This document shows positions 15,301 to 51,587 of a DNA stretch of 64,000 nt, in pieces. Made by a program: the position numbers and the translations under genes. Source of the DNA: the human T2T-CHM13v2.0 reference genome, Homo sapiens; assembly GCF_009914755.1 (NCBI RefSeq), contig NC_060928.1; one strand, given 5' to 3'. Each line of letters starts with the position of its first letter. Within the stretch, counting starts at the first letter, position 1. Below the pieces are notes generated by a model. It was not told the origin of the DNA. It did not search any database and saw nothing but the letters and a program-made list of their open reading frames with translations.

Positions 15301-18300
15301 CTACTCAGCCTTGAGCGTCTGTGCCGGGTAACTCAGCTTCTGCAGGAGGAAGAAGGGGAGCAAAAAGAGCCCGGACCACGTGGTGAAGCAGGCCTGGGCC
15401 CCGGCCAGCCAGTACACTGCGGAGAGACGGTGGCGTCACCCAGTCCCCGAGGGGGCTGGCACTTGGGAGGCGAGGGCAGGTGCTTGGCCCCCAGCCTGCC
15501 CCAGCACCATCCCGCGCCCTCACCTGAAGCGGCCACCAGGGGCCCCGCGGCCCTGGCCAGAGCACCTAGGCTGCGCAGTGTACCCATGACCGTGCCCTTC
15601 TGCCCTGGTGAGCCTGTGGGAAGAGGCACAGTCAGGCACCACTGCCCTTCTCCCGCTCAGGTGGCTTCGGCCGAGGGAAGGGGGCTCACCATAGCCAGCG
15701 ACCACGGAGGACAGGCAGGGCACCACAACGGCGGCGGCTGGTGGGAGACATCGAGGAGGTGCCCGTCAGCCCAGGGGAGGGTGCATCACCCAGCCCCTGC
15801 TGCCCATCGGATCCCCTGCCAGGGCAGGGCCACTCACCAAAGGAGTAGAGCAGCAGCCCCAGGCCCAGCACGGGCAGAGAACGTCCCCAGCCGATGAGGA
15901 GGAAGGCGGGCACCAGCAGCAGGAGGGCCTGCAGGTGGGCACGGCAGCCTCAGCACAGCCCGTGCCCTGCAGGACTCAGGGGACTGCCTGCCACCCGCTT
16001 TGGAGGAAGCCCCCTACCCGCTTCACGGCAGCAACTTCCCCGCCAGGGTGGATCCGCCGGGCATAGGCACCCTGGATGGTGGCCATGGTGAGGCCGATGA
16101 GGAAAAACATCTTCCCCTGCTGTAGGCTGGGAGCGGGTGTGTTAGTGCAGGGCACCCGGGGCAGGGCCACCCAGGGCAGGGCCAGGGCGAGAGTGGCTGC
16201 CAAGGCTTCCTGGGGATGGGGGTTGCTTCCCTGAAGCAGGGGCGTTATTTCAGGGAGACAGCAGGCCGTCGCCAGATGGGGACCCACCTACTGAACTGGA
16301 AGCGCTGGTGTGTGAGGAAGCTCAGCGTGTACTCCAGGCCCGAGAACAGGAAGAGGTAGAGGAAGTAGACTAGGCCCAGGCGGCGCAGGCTGCTGAGCCC
16401 TGGGGAGAGGTGGCGCGTGCTGAGAAGGCGACCACAGCAGGGAAGGGCGCCGCCCGGGGAAGCCCAGGGGAGAGCAGGCTCCACGCTTGGGTTGGTCGAG
16501 TCCTTACTGTCTCCAGAGGGTGGGTCCTGGCCACGAGCGACAGCCGAGAAGCGCAGCAGGGCCAGGGGGCTGAGCAGATCAGCCGCATCACGGAACCCCA
16601 GGGCGATAGAGGGCGCCTGTGGGGATGGCATTGGAGAGCCTGCAGGAGCGGCTGCTGGCCTGGCAACCCACGGACTGTGGCCTCAAGGGTCCCAACACCA
16701 AGAGAGCGGCCCAGCCTCCCTGGCATCTGGGGCTGGCACACAGGGGCACTTTACATCGCTATGGAATCAAGCCTCCAGCCCCTAGGCCTGTGGGTCCCAG
16801 ACCACAGCCCTACCCGTTTCTCCAGGGGCAGCGTCTCTGGCAGGAAGCAGAAGATGAACAGCAGGTCGGAGGCTGCGAAGAGCAGGGCAAACCAGGGTGC
16901 CATTTCCAGGGGCAGGGAGGCTCCGAGCATAGGGCCCAGGGTGAAGCCCAGTGAGAAGGCCACCCCAATGACCGCCTAGGGAAAAGACCACCCGAGCTGC
17001 ACAGGGAGACCCAGGCCCAGAAGTCACCACCAGGACCCCAAAGACCCAGCCTGTGCACTTACCATGCCTTGACTGCGGGCCAGAGGCGAGCCCAGGTCAG
17101 CAACGATGGCCGTGGAGAGGCTGACGTTCCCTTTGCTGATGCCCCCAATCAGCCTGGAGGCCAGGAAGGCCGCAAAGCTCCGAGAGGTGGCCCAGACTGC
17201 ATATGAGGTGGCCACACCCATCTGCCCAGGGGCAGGGGCCAAGAGGCAGGGGCGGTCGCTTAAGGCCAGGAGTGGCTCAGAGTAGGGCTTGGCAACCCAG
17301 ACAACACCCCTCAACCCTGCCCTATTTCGAAGCATCTGAGGGCCACTTGCGTTCTCAGTGCCTTCCTAGGGGCCAGGAGCAGCTCCTTGAAAGCCTGGCT
17401 CTGGAACAGGAGCCACTGGTCCCCCGAGAACCCCCTCCAGGATGCGATGAGGGCCAACCAGTGGCCATGAGGGGCCCACAGCCACCTCCCTCTCCCCACC
17501 TAACCCCATGGGGCTACTGGCTGGGTGGGAGGAGGCTTCCCCATGGGCACCCAGGCCCAGGAACATACCAGGCACAGCAGCATCACCGGGCGCCTCCCCA
17601 AGCAGTCAGAGGTGGCCCCAGTGAGTGGCGCACACAGAAACTGCAGGACAGAGAATGCCGAGCCAATGAGACCTGAGAGACAGATGTCACCATCATGGGG
17701 CTGCCTGGCACCATGAGCTGTGGTCTTGGGGCCCTCAAGGCCAATGTCCAGCCCCGTCCTGAGGGTCCAGTCATGCTGGGCCCTACACTCACAGGCCATG
17801 GCCCTTGAGCCGAGGGGGCCCCAATGGAGAGATGAGGAAGGATCTGAACGTGACACGCGGAGGCAAGGGATCATGCCCAGAAGCCAGGACATGTGGGCAA
17901 GGGCACCAGACATGCCAGCCCAGGGAGTGGGAAGGCAAGGACCGAGAATTGGGGAGGGGCCTGGGCTGGACCACGTCCACCAAACAAAGGACCGTAGAGA
18001 GCCCGCCAAGGGCACAGAGCCAGCCATACCTCCGAACAGGACACTGTTGTACCTCTTCTCCACTGGCATCCCGATGGCGGTGGCAAACCAGTCCACCCCG
18101 CCCTGCCAGGAGCCATAGAGGGGGTCCTAGGGGATGAGGAATCACGATAAGGGCTGGGGAGGTCTGATGGGCCTGGGGGGCAGGGGGCACTGTGGGCCGC
18201 AGGGCAAGGACTCACGTGGGCACGGCCGTGGCTCTCCAACAGCCCGGGCAGCAGGGGCAGCAGCAGCGTGAAGGCCAGGAGGTCCAGCAGGAGGCCGAGA

Positions 18301-18386
18301 AAGACAACGGTGACCACGCGGCGCTCCGGCGGCTGCTGGTGGATGGGTGGGCGCGGGGTGCAGCCTCCACCCCCTCCCCATCCCAT
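15301..18386 (-). CDS. MFSD10: Major facilitator superfamily domain-containing protein 10 (TETRAN), 12 coding exons, 455 aa
   Basis: Exons (-): 18386-18216, 18126-18030, 17672-17569, 17221-17063, 16975-16814, 16616-16508, 16399-16288, 16126-16018, 15928-15838, 15737-15690, 15613-15524, 15416-15301. All GT-AG; total 1368 nt = 455 aa + TAG. MFS motif A (GATSDCLGRRPV) and antiporter motif C (GFTLGPMLG). Confidence 0.97.
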
Positions 18387-18745
18387 GGTGGGCTGCTCTG
18401 ACCTGGCCTGGGTGGGGTGCGGCGGGTCGGGTTAGCGGGGAAGCCGAGTCCTCCGGGGCCTGGCATACCCCCACACCCGACAGCCGGCGAGCACCCTAAA
18501 GGGGCTGATGGCAGGGGCTCTGGCCTACGGACGCAGGGGCCGTTCTGGCCTGCGCGATGCCCCCGCCCCGAACCCAGGCAGCAGGAAACGCAGGCTTCGG
18601 GGATTGCACAAAAAATAGCCGCAAAGGCAACGGTCCTGAGAGACCAGGGTGAGCACATCGCGGACCTGGCCCCACCCCACCCCACGGCCGCGCCTCCCAC
18701 GCCCTCGTAACAGCGAGAGAAAACTTGAAGCCGCGGGGAACCCGG

Positions 18746-19230
18746 ATCCCGATCCCGATCCCGATCCCGATCCCAACCCCAACCCCAGCCCCGGCCCGCG
18801 CCCCGCGATTCCGGCCCCTGGCCCGGACTCGGTCTCCCTGGCGGGGGCCATGGGGTGCACACCGGACGCAGGAGCACCCCCAACCCCGCGCGCCTCCCAC
18901 TCCGCCATCCCGCGTGCGTCCCGGTCCCGCCCCCACCCCGCGCGCCCCCGGTCCCGCCCCCCACCCTGCGCGTCCCCGGTCCCGTCCCCCACCCTGCGCG
19001 CCCTCTAACCCCCACGCCGCGCGCCTCCCACCGCCCCCACCCCGCGCGCCCCTGGTCCAGCCCCACACCCCGCGCGCCCCCTACTCCCCTACCCTGCGCA
19101 CCTCTCACCCGCCCCACCCCCGCGTACCCCGGGTCCCGTCTCCTCCCCCACCCCGCGCGTCCCCTGTCCCACCCCCAACCCGAGCGCCCCCTACGCCCCC
19201 CACCCCGGGCGCCCCCGGTCCCGCCCCGCA
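18746..19230. repeat. (CCCGAT)n hexamer followed by a degenerate ~28-bp C-rich tandem repeat
   Basis: Repeated CCCGATCCCGAT, then recurring CCCCGCGCGCCCCCGGTCCCGCCCCCA-like units. Confidence 0.75.
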
Positions 19231-19231
19231 C

Positions 19232-19330
19232 CTGCCGCGGCTGCGCGCTCGGGACGGACGGTCGCACAGACGCGGAACAGGGCACCAGGCACGCCGCCAG
19301 GGGCGGGACGGCCACGCCCGGCCACGCCAC
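19232..19330 (-). other. MFSD10: Probable MFSD10 non-coding first exon
   Basis: CAG/GTGCGG donor at 19232/19231, just downstream of the ETS-CRE promoter; TSS position approximate. Confidence 0.6.
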
Positions 19331-20300
19331 GCCCCGGAAGTGACGTACATCTCTGCACGTTCTCTTCCGGCCGGAGGCAGTGGCGGGGTTCTCGCCGGTC
19401 CTGCGGGTCGCTGCTCGGCTGTGGGTTAGCAGCACCCTGAGCGGAGCGGAAGAGCTGCCCGCCGCCGCGTAACCCCGAGGCCGAGACTCCTGGCCTGGCC
19501 TCCTTGGGCCCACGACGCCTGCCCCGCGGAGCGGACCCATGGGCCTGAGGTTTGTGTGCGGGGCCTCAGGCGAGCGCTGGCGCAGCCTGTCCCCCATCGT
19601 CTGCGCCCTGCGGGCCTGGCCCTCCCCGTGGAAGGACCGCGGGCTTCGGGGCCCCACGCTGGGGGGCTGACTCCTGCCACACACACAGCGGTGGCCGCGG
19701 GCCTGGGGCGGCAGCACAGCCATTCTGCTCGGGCTGCGTGAGCTGACCCCGCTCTCTGTGCACCTACTTTTGCTGCGTTTGGTGCTGAGCCTGAAGTCCC
19801 AGGACAGGCGGCTGAGGGGGAAAGATGGTGTGAATTGGGTGGGCAGAGACAACTGAAAGCCACAGGACCCGGTTGGCACCTTTTTGGCCGCCTGCGCCTT
19901 TGCCTGCAGCCCCGCTCCCTGGGTCACCCGAAGGAGGAGCTGGCGCTCTTTCCGGGCGCAGAAGCACCCGACCCACGCTGGAGGAAACGGTCCCTCTGGG
20001 CAGGAGAAGCTTTGGGCCTGGCTGGAGCACACTCACGGAACCACGCCAACGCCTGGCCTGTAGCCAGCTCCCACCTCCCCTCCCACCTTCTAAAATGCTT
20101 GCGGATCTCACGTGGCCGACCCTAACCAGATACACATGGGGAAAGGAATCAGGTGGCACACATACCGCCTTTACTCCATAGAGAACTTCCAATTGTGGGT
20201 AAGAACAAAGCCCCACCTCTGCCTAATAGATGCAGTTTTCCACCTGCAGCCAAAAAGACAACCTGTTATTAGCTTTTTTCCCAGAGGACAGGCATCTCTA

Positions 20301-20937
20301 TGAAACTGCCATTGCAAAATTTGCCGACAGTGAGATAACCAGCTCCATTTTGCTTCTAACCTCCATGCCCTCCTTGTTTACTGCTGCACGCAGGTTGAAC
20401 TGTGGGAGGAACTTAGTTTAAAACAAAGATGATAACAGCCCTTTCCCAAAGGAAACCTTTCCTGGGGATTAGCCTGCTTTTGTGGGACCAACAGATTAGC
20501 CACAAGATTAGAAACTACGGTTGAAGAGTCACGCAGCGGGAGGCTACAGGATTCTGACCCTCCCCAAACTGCTCCTGGCGATAACATCACCATCGTAAAG
20601 CCTAAGATCAGCACTTGGTGGGTCACCTGGCACCACCCAGGCTCATCTGATGTTGTGGCACCCAGGAACTGACTCAGTGCGAAAACAGCTTCGACTCCCT
20701 GTGATTTCATCTCTGACCTGACCAATGGGTACTTCTGACTCACTGGCTGCCCCCCACCCACCAGCTTATCTTTAAAAACTCCAAACCCCAGATGCTCAGG
20801 GAGACCGAGTAATAATAAAACTCCAGTCTCCCACACAGCTAGCTCTGCGTGAATTACCTTTTCTCTGTTGCAAATGCCCTTTCTTGATAAATTGGCTGTC
20901 TAGGTAACAGGGAAGGTGAACCCACTGGGCAGTTACA
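20301..20937 (+). mobile_element. Solo LTR8 (ERV1)
   Basis: TGAAACTGCCATTGCAAAAT start, GGGCAGTTACA end, internal AATAAA at 20814; matches recalled LTR8 consensus. Confidence 0.85.
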
Positions 20938-22711
20938 CTTTTATCCACCCTTCCAGCTGGATCACGCGCCCTCTTCAATGACATGACACGCAGCTAGAGT
21001 GTATGAGCTTGCTGCCGGCACCTTCCGTCCTGGATCGCATAGCAAGGCCTCAATGGACAGCCAGGTGCCTGGTCCGGTCCCACTTTTTTTTCTGTCCTGT
21101 TCTCGTTTCCTCTTTGCTTGGCCAAAGAGGGTTGGGCCAGGGTCCTGAGTGCAAGGGCTTGGCTTGGTGAATTAAAGTGGCAGTAGCCGTGTGGCAGAGA
21201 AAATTTGTAGATGGGTGAAATCCTGGGCCTACACAGTGACAAAGTGTATATAGACAGCCAGCCTAGTTGGTGGATGTGACAACCCCAGACTCTTCTAGAT
21301 TTGTGGATCCGTGCACCTGCCAGACCTGTCTCTGAGCCATCTGGGGAGGCTGGGTAAGATTTCCCCCGTCAGGGCCTGAGCCTCATATCCAAGCTGCTGG
21401 CTTCAGCCCAGCTGCCACCAGCGCTGTCTCTGTCTTGCGCTTTCCAGAGAGAGACTGACTCATTTTGAGCTCCAGGCCTACCAGGCAGCCCAACCGCGGC
21501 AGTAACTGCCTCTCACACTGAGGATGGCTCATGCTCTGGTCCAGCCATGGCTTGAACACCTCCCAACAAGAACAAAGCCAGACTCATTCTCCCTAGCATC
21601 TTCTTCCTTGCTCAAAGATCCCACACCCCGTTAGAAGCTGGAACTGGGTCCTTGTCACCTTCCTCACCTCCCCAGTCGTAGTCTGGTTAATCCTTACATC
21701 TCACCACGGTCACCGTGGCTAGATGTGACCTCCGCGATGCTTCAGGCACGTACTAGGGCAGCCTGGGCAGGGCTGGTCACTGTGATCTCATGAGGTGTGA
21801 ACTTGACCCCGGCCTTCTTTCCTGGGATGCCGGCTAAGGACACAAGTTCAGTGTTTGCCCTGGCTTGTAGCCCAGCGGGGGCTCCGTCATCCCCTGGGGA
21901 ATGCCTCGGCCTGCAAGACCGCATACCGCATTGGAACAGGGAAACCACCTACTTCAGCACCTCCCTCAGCAAGGTGGCAGGTCCCAACAAGCCTTGCACC
22001 ACGAGGAAGTGGCAGTGGCATTCGGGATATGGCTCCCTGGCCAGCTTGTGAAGTTCAAGGGGCTCGTTACTTCTTACAGCTCACAGTCCCTCCCGGGTCC
22101 AGCACACCTGAGGGCTGACCTCCCTCTTGATTAGTGCAGGGGAAAAGCACTTTAAAAAGCTGTGTCATGCGTAACTTGCACATCTTCTGATTCTGACCTG
22201 AAACTGCATCCCAGGTCGGCACAGACGCAACCCAGTCTCCTCCCACCTCCGAGAGTGCAGTGTCCTGAATGGAGAACCCCAGCACCCAGAAGCATCCACT
22301 GAAGGACGTAAGTAGGACAAGGCCAACTGTGGCTGTTCCAGCAGAGGGACTGTGGGTGATGTTTCCCTTCTCTGATTTCTAAAATATCTGCAAACTTGTT
22401 TCATTTATAATTGAAAATATAATTTGCATAACAACAGTAAATTCTACACATGAAGGCAAACGTCCGTGGTTGACAGAAATTACACTGGCCAGAATCCCCA
22501 GTCCCCATGAGGCTTGTCCAGACGCAGTGAACCAGTCGCAGCTGATAACACACAGACCATTCCCGATCCCAGAGGTGCATTTCAGGATTCATTCTATTTC
22601 ATCAGGTGACGTTTTAACAGAAACAAAACCGCAGGCAGCGGGTGGGGGGAGCTGGAGGTTGGAATCACACCAACATTATAGCATTATTACTCTAAAAAAA
22701 ATTACTTTTTT

Positions 22712-22978
22712 GGCTGGGTGCTGTGGCTCACACCTATAATTGGGGGGCCAAGGCAGGTGGATTACCTGAGGTCGGGAATTCGAGACCAGCCTGACCAACA
22801 TGGAGAAACCCCGTCTCTACTAAAAATACAAAATTAGCTGGGCGTGGTGGCACATGTCTGTAATCCCAGCTACTCGGGAGGCTGAGGCAGGAGAATCGCT
22901 TGAACCCAGGAGGTGGAGGTTGTGCCATTGCACTCCAGCCTGGGCAACAAGAGCAAAACTCCGTCTCAAAAAAAAAAA
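22712..22978 (+). mobile_element. Alu (S-type, with small internal deletions) in the NOP14 3'UTR region
   Basis: GGCTGGGTGCTGTGGCTCACACC...GCAAAACTCCGTCTCAAAAA. Confidence 0.9.
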
Positions 22979-23255
22979 TTTTTTTTTAAGCGACACAGTC
23001 TTGCACTGTGGCCGAGGCTGGAGTGCAGTGGCTCAATCACGGCTCACTGTAACCTTGGACTCAGCTCAAGCAGTCCTCCTGCTTCAGCCTCCCGAGTAGT
23101 TGGGACTACAGGTGCGTGCCACCACACTTGGCTAATTTTTATGTTTTTTTGGTAGAGACGGGGTCTTCCTGTGTTGCCCAGGCTGGTCTCGAACTCCTGG
23201 GCTGAAGCAATCTTCCTGCCTTGGCCTCCCAGAGGGTTGGAATTGCAGATGTGAG
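22979..23255 (-). mobile_element. Alu (J-like), inverted and abutting the preceding Alu
   Basis: Reverse-complement Alu with AluJ-like GCTCAAGCAGTCCTCC. Confidence 0.88.
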
Positions 23256-23293
23256 GTAATGTCCAGTTCCTTGCCTTATTTATAAAATGTAAT

Positions 23294-47995
<24,702 letters not shown>

Positions 47996-48746
47996 GGCGC
48001 GCGCCCCGCTGCGCCCAAGGGCCCGAGACCCGAAGAGAGACAGGCGCGCGCTACCCTAAGACACGTGCCGGGCCGCGGAACCGCTTCCTCGTCTCGCGAG
48101 AACAGCGCAGCACCTCCGACTCGCGAGAAGTAAACACCGCGCCCGCAGGCTCGGCTTACTCGCCGATAGGCTCAGCGACTACAACTCCCAGCAGGCCACG
48201 CGCCGCGGCCCGCCGTGTACTCTTGGCGCAGGGCCTTCTGGGAGCTGTAGTGCCCCGGCCGCGGCGGCGAGGGGCGCTCCCTCTTCAGCTAAGCCGTTAG
48301 CGCCGAGCCCGCCCGGGAGCGGGTCGCCGGCCGCGGCGGGCGCCCCTGCCAGTGAGCCCCTGTCCGAAGTGAGCCACGGCATTGACTCGGGGCTGCCCGG
48401 GGGCAGGGCACTGAGGAGGGAGTTGCGCGCGCGAGGCGAGGGCGATGGGGCCAAGAAGAACCGGGGCGATAGCGCGGCAGCGGTGACAGCTGGGACCCGC
48501 CGCGGTCGGGCTGCCCCCTCCCCTCGCCCCGACCGCTCCCCTGCTGGTGAGGGCCTGCGGAGGCGGCGGCGGCGGCGCCCTTGGTGGCAGTGGTGGCGGC
48601 GGAGCAGCCTCCCGGGATCGTGTCCGGAGCTCGAGGAGAGGGTGGTGCCCGGCGAGCTATGCACGGGGGCGGCGGCGTCTCCTCCTGTTCCGCCTCCTCA
48701 GTCTCCTCGGTCTCGCAGAATCCGCCGGCGGCGGCGGCGCCAGGAC

Positions 48747-48798
48747 ATGGAGCTCGAGAACATCGTGGCCAACTCGCTGCTGCTGAAAGCGCGTCAAG
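48747..48798 (+). CDS. GRK4: G protein-coupled receptor kinase 4, first coding exon (MELENIVANSLLLKARQ-G); the rest of the window is intron 1
   Basis: GRK4/5/6-family N-terminal motif MELENIVAN; Kozak GACATGG; donor AAG/GTGGGT. Confidence 0.95.
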
Positions 48799-49248
48799 GT
48801 GGGTGCGCGGCAGGCGCCCCCGACCCCCCCCCCAGAGAACCCCGAATCCCGGGGAACCCTGGCCCCCCTGAAGGAACCCGACATCCCCGGAGAACCCCGA
48901 TTTCCCTGGAGAGCCCCGACACCTCCCACTGGGGGAACCCAGATCTGCACGGAGCCGGAGCCGGGGTCTGTGCAGTGTGGTCAGGCTGCCCGGGCCAGGT
49001 CCCAGTCCCCATCTCCTGGCCCAGATGAGAGAAGTCTGCGCTTTGCTCTTCTTAGTCTTGCCCTGTGTCCTTGTCCTGTCCTCTCGGTGTGACCTCGGTG
49101 ACAGTGTTGCTTCAGGATGCGGCAGGCAGTGTCCTGCTTGTGTTGGACAACCTGTCCCACCAAAAAAGAACGGCGTCTTTATGGTCTTAAGGGGGACAAA
49201 GAATAGCAGCCTGGGAACTACTCTGGGCGAGAACCTTCCGATAATGAT

Positions 49249-49937
49249 TGTAGGGCAATGTTATTTTTAACATAGCTGCTTGGTTTTGAGGTTTGATCTG
49301 AGGCTCTATGGTGTGTCAAGTGTGCTTTAGCACGACGTGGTCACAGATGGACAAGTTGGCAAAAATTCAGCCTTTTATCATTATTAAAGTGAGGCAGAAA
49401 TTTAAAAATAGTAATAAGTACTGCATTCATTCACTCCAAGAAAAGAAAAAGCCAAGGCCCAGAATGTGGCAAGGCAAGGGTTAAAAAGAAAAGAAGAACA
49501 AGTTTTCTTTTGCTTAGCAAGCTCACTTTAAGGACAGTTATAAGATAACGCTGTTCTGTTTGAGAAGTCGAATCCAAAGGAATAGGCTCCAGACACCCCC
49601 CTTCCAGAGCAGGGGTGAAGAAAAAAAAAAAAGAGGACAAATATCTGTGTTTAGCCAGTTCTTGGTTTTTTCTTTCAACGCAGCTACAAGGCCACCAGCT
49701 ATGCAAGGCCACAAGTTATGCCAAGTCATCAGTTATGCTATAGATTATGTGACCTGTCATTATATGATTAACTGCCTTTGTTTTGCTTCTGTAAGTTTGC
49801 TTATAAAAATCCTGCTTAGTCTTTGTTCAAGGCTCAGCTTTTTGGATGTGAATCCACTGAGCTGGTGCGTACCTTAACATAAATATCCTCCTGTTTTCAC
49901 CCATGCTGGTCTCTCTAGTCCTCTGCATCCCGCCACA
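49249..49937 (+). mobile_element. Solo ERV1 LTR (LTR10-family-like); 5' boundary uncertain
   Basis: TATAAAA box, GCTCAGCTTTTTGGATGTGAATCCACTGAGC U3/R motif, end ATCCCGCCACA. Confidence 0.6.
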
Positions 49938-50807
49938 AAAGCATCAGTTGGTCCAGCCCTTCAGCGGGAGACCCCCACAATCCTCTGTGCAATCCTCTGT
50001 CTCGGACCTCATGTCTCCCTTGCCTGCGTCTCAAGAGAGCTGGCGACAGAGCCTCGGACCTCAAGTCCCTGTGCTAGCCACGGTAGTTCTTCACACCCCG
50101 TCACTCTTACGGAATTGCTGATTTCCTCTATTTCCTTGCGTGATGGAGCAGCTCTGCTCGGACTGTGCTCCAGGACAGTGTAAATGCCGACTGAAGATGC
50201 CACAGCAGCCGGCGATGCATATTTAAAGGACAGTCTGGAGCCGAAGGTGGCGGCCACGCTTGTAGTCCCAGCTACTCTGGAAGCTGAGGTGGAAGGCTCA
50301 CTTGGGCCCAGGAGAGTCCAGCCTGGGCAAAACACAGCAAGACCATCTCTTTAAAAAAGTCTAAAACAAAGACTTCATCTTCTCAGTATTTTTGTGCACC
50401 AACTCACACTATTTTGAATAGAAGAACTGAGAATGGGTGGGAAGAGAATGGGATCTTTTTCCCTTAAGATAATCAGGGAGTCCCAGAGCAGTATGCGTTC
50501 TCAGCAGCCATTTTCAGTGGAGCATTTGACTGTGCCTCTTATCCCTGACTGTGAACTCCAAATAGGTCATGGAAAATAATCATCCTTAGTGGAAGTCAGA
50601 TTGAAGCTAAGCCAGTTTTCTTTTTACACTACCTTCCTATCTGCATGTAATTTACAAAAAGGAACTATACCAAGCCGCCTTCCTTATAATGCTGCAGAGA
50701 TTAGATAATGAGATAAATACAAGTGCTCTATAAATGCTAAATAACATAAAACCAGATTCTGTCACAAAACCTAAGACCACAGTGATAGTTTGAAAAATGA
50801 AAGTTTT

Positions 50808-51156
<349 letters not shown>

Positions 51157-51587
51157 TTATGAGGCCTGTCCCCATTGAGTGAGAGTATTTGCTCCTGTGG
51201 TCAGAAAGCATCATTATGTATAGCTTGATTAATGGTTAGAGAAGTTGAATATATAATATTAGATATACATGGATACATGCTGAGTATTGGTTATAATTTA
51301 GGGCTTTTTCCCAAGTTGATGACTGTGTTTGTTACTTTAAAGTATCTCCCAGGAAGTACCAGGAGGTGTCTTCTTGGACACATAACTTCATGGACAGCTC
51401 CTTGTTTAGCTTCACTGGCTCATATACTAGAAAATTAACCTTTGAAATGAATGAACGTAGCACAAGAGTTATATTCTGGTCCTGAGAAGCGCAATGTTGA
51501 TTTAATATTATTAGTGAGTCCGGTCATTTCCTGGATTTATTTCAAATAGAATCAGTCAGTCTCAATCCCCCCTCCCTCTCTGGTCCC

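Larger units (their letters stand above)
18200..19800. promoter_or_regulatory. CpG island / bidirectional promoter of MFSD10 and NOP14-AS1
   Basis: Very high CpG density; CCGGAAGTGACGT at 19334-19346, opposite-strand ETS site CTTCCGG at 19364-19370, GC/KLF boxes (GCCACGCCC). Confidence 0.85.

Noticed and set aside
15614-15689. 76-nt MFSD10 intron as a mirtron
   Set aside because: 3' hairpin stem is only about 14 bp by eye, too short for a convincing pre-miRNA
18212-20032. 606-aa minus-strand ORF
   Set aside because: Spans a CpG island and G-rich repeat where stops are scarce; low-complexity Gly/Arg product, non-ATG start, out of frame with MFSD10
21797-22051. 84-aa ORF in the NOP14-AS1 region as a micropeptide
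   Set aside because: GTG start, no recognisable motif, length expected by chance; needs Ribo-seq or conservation evidence
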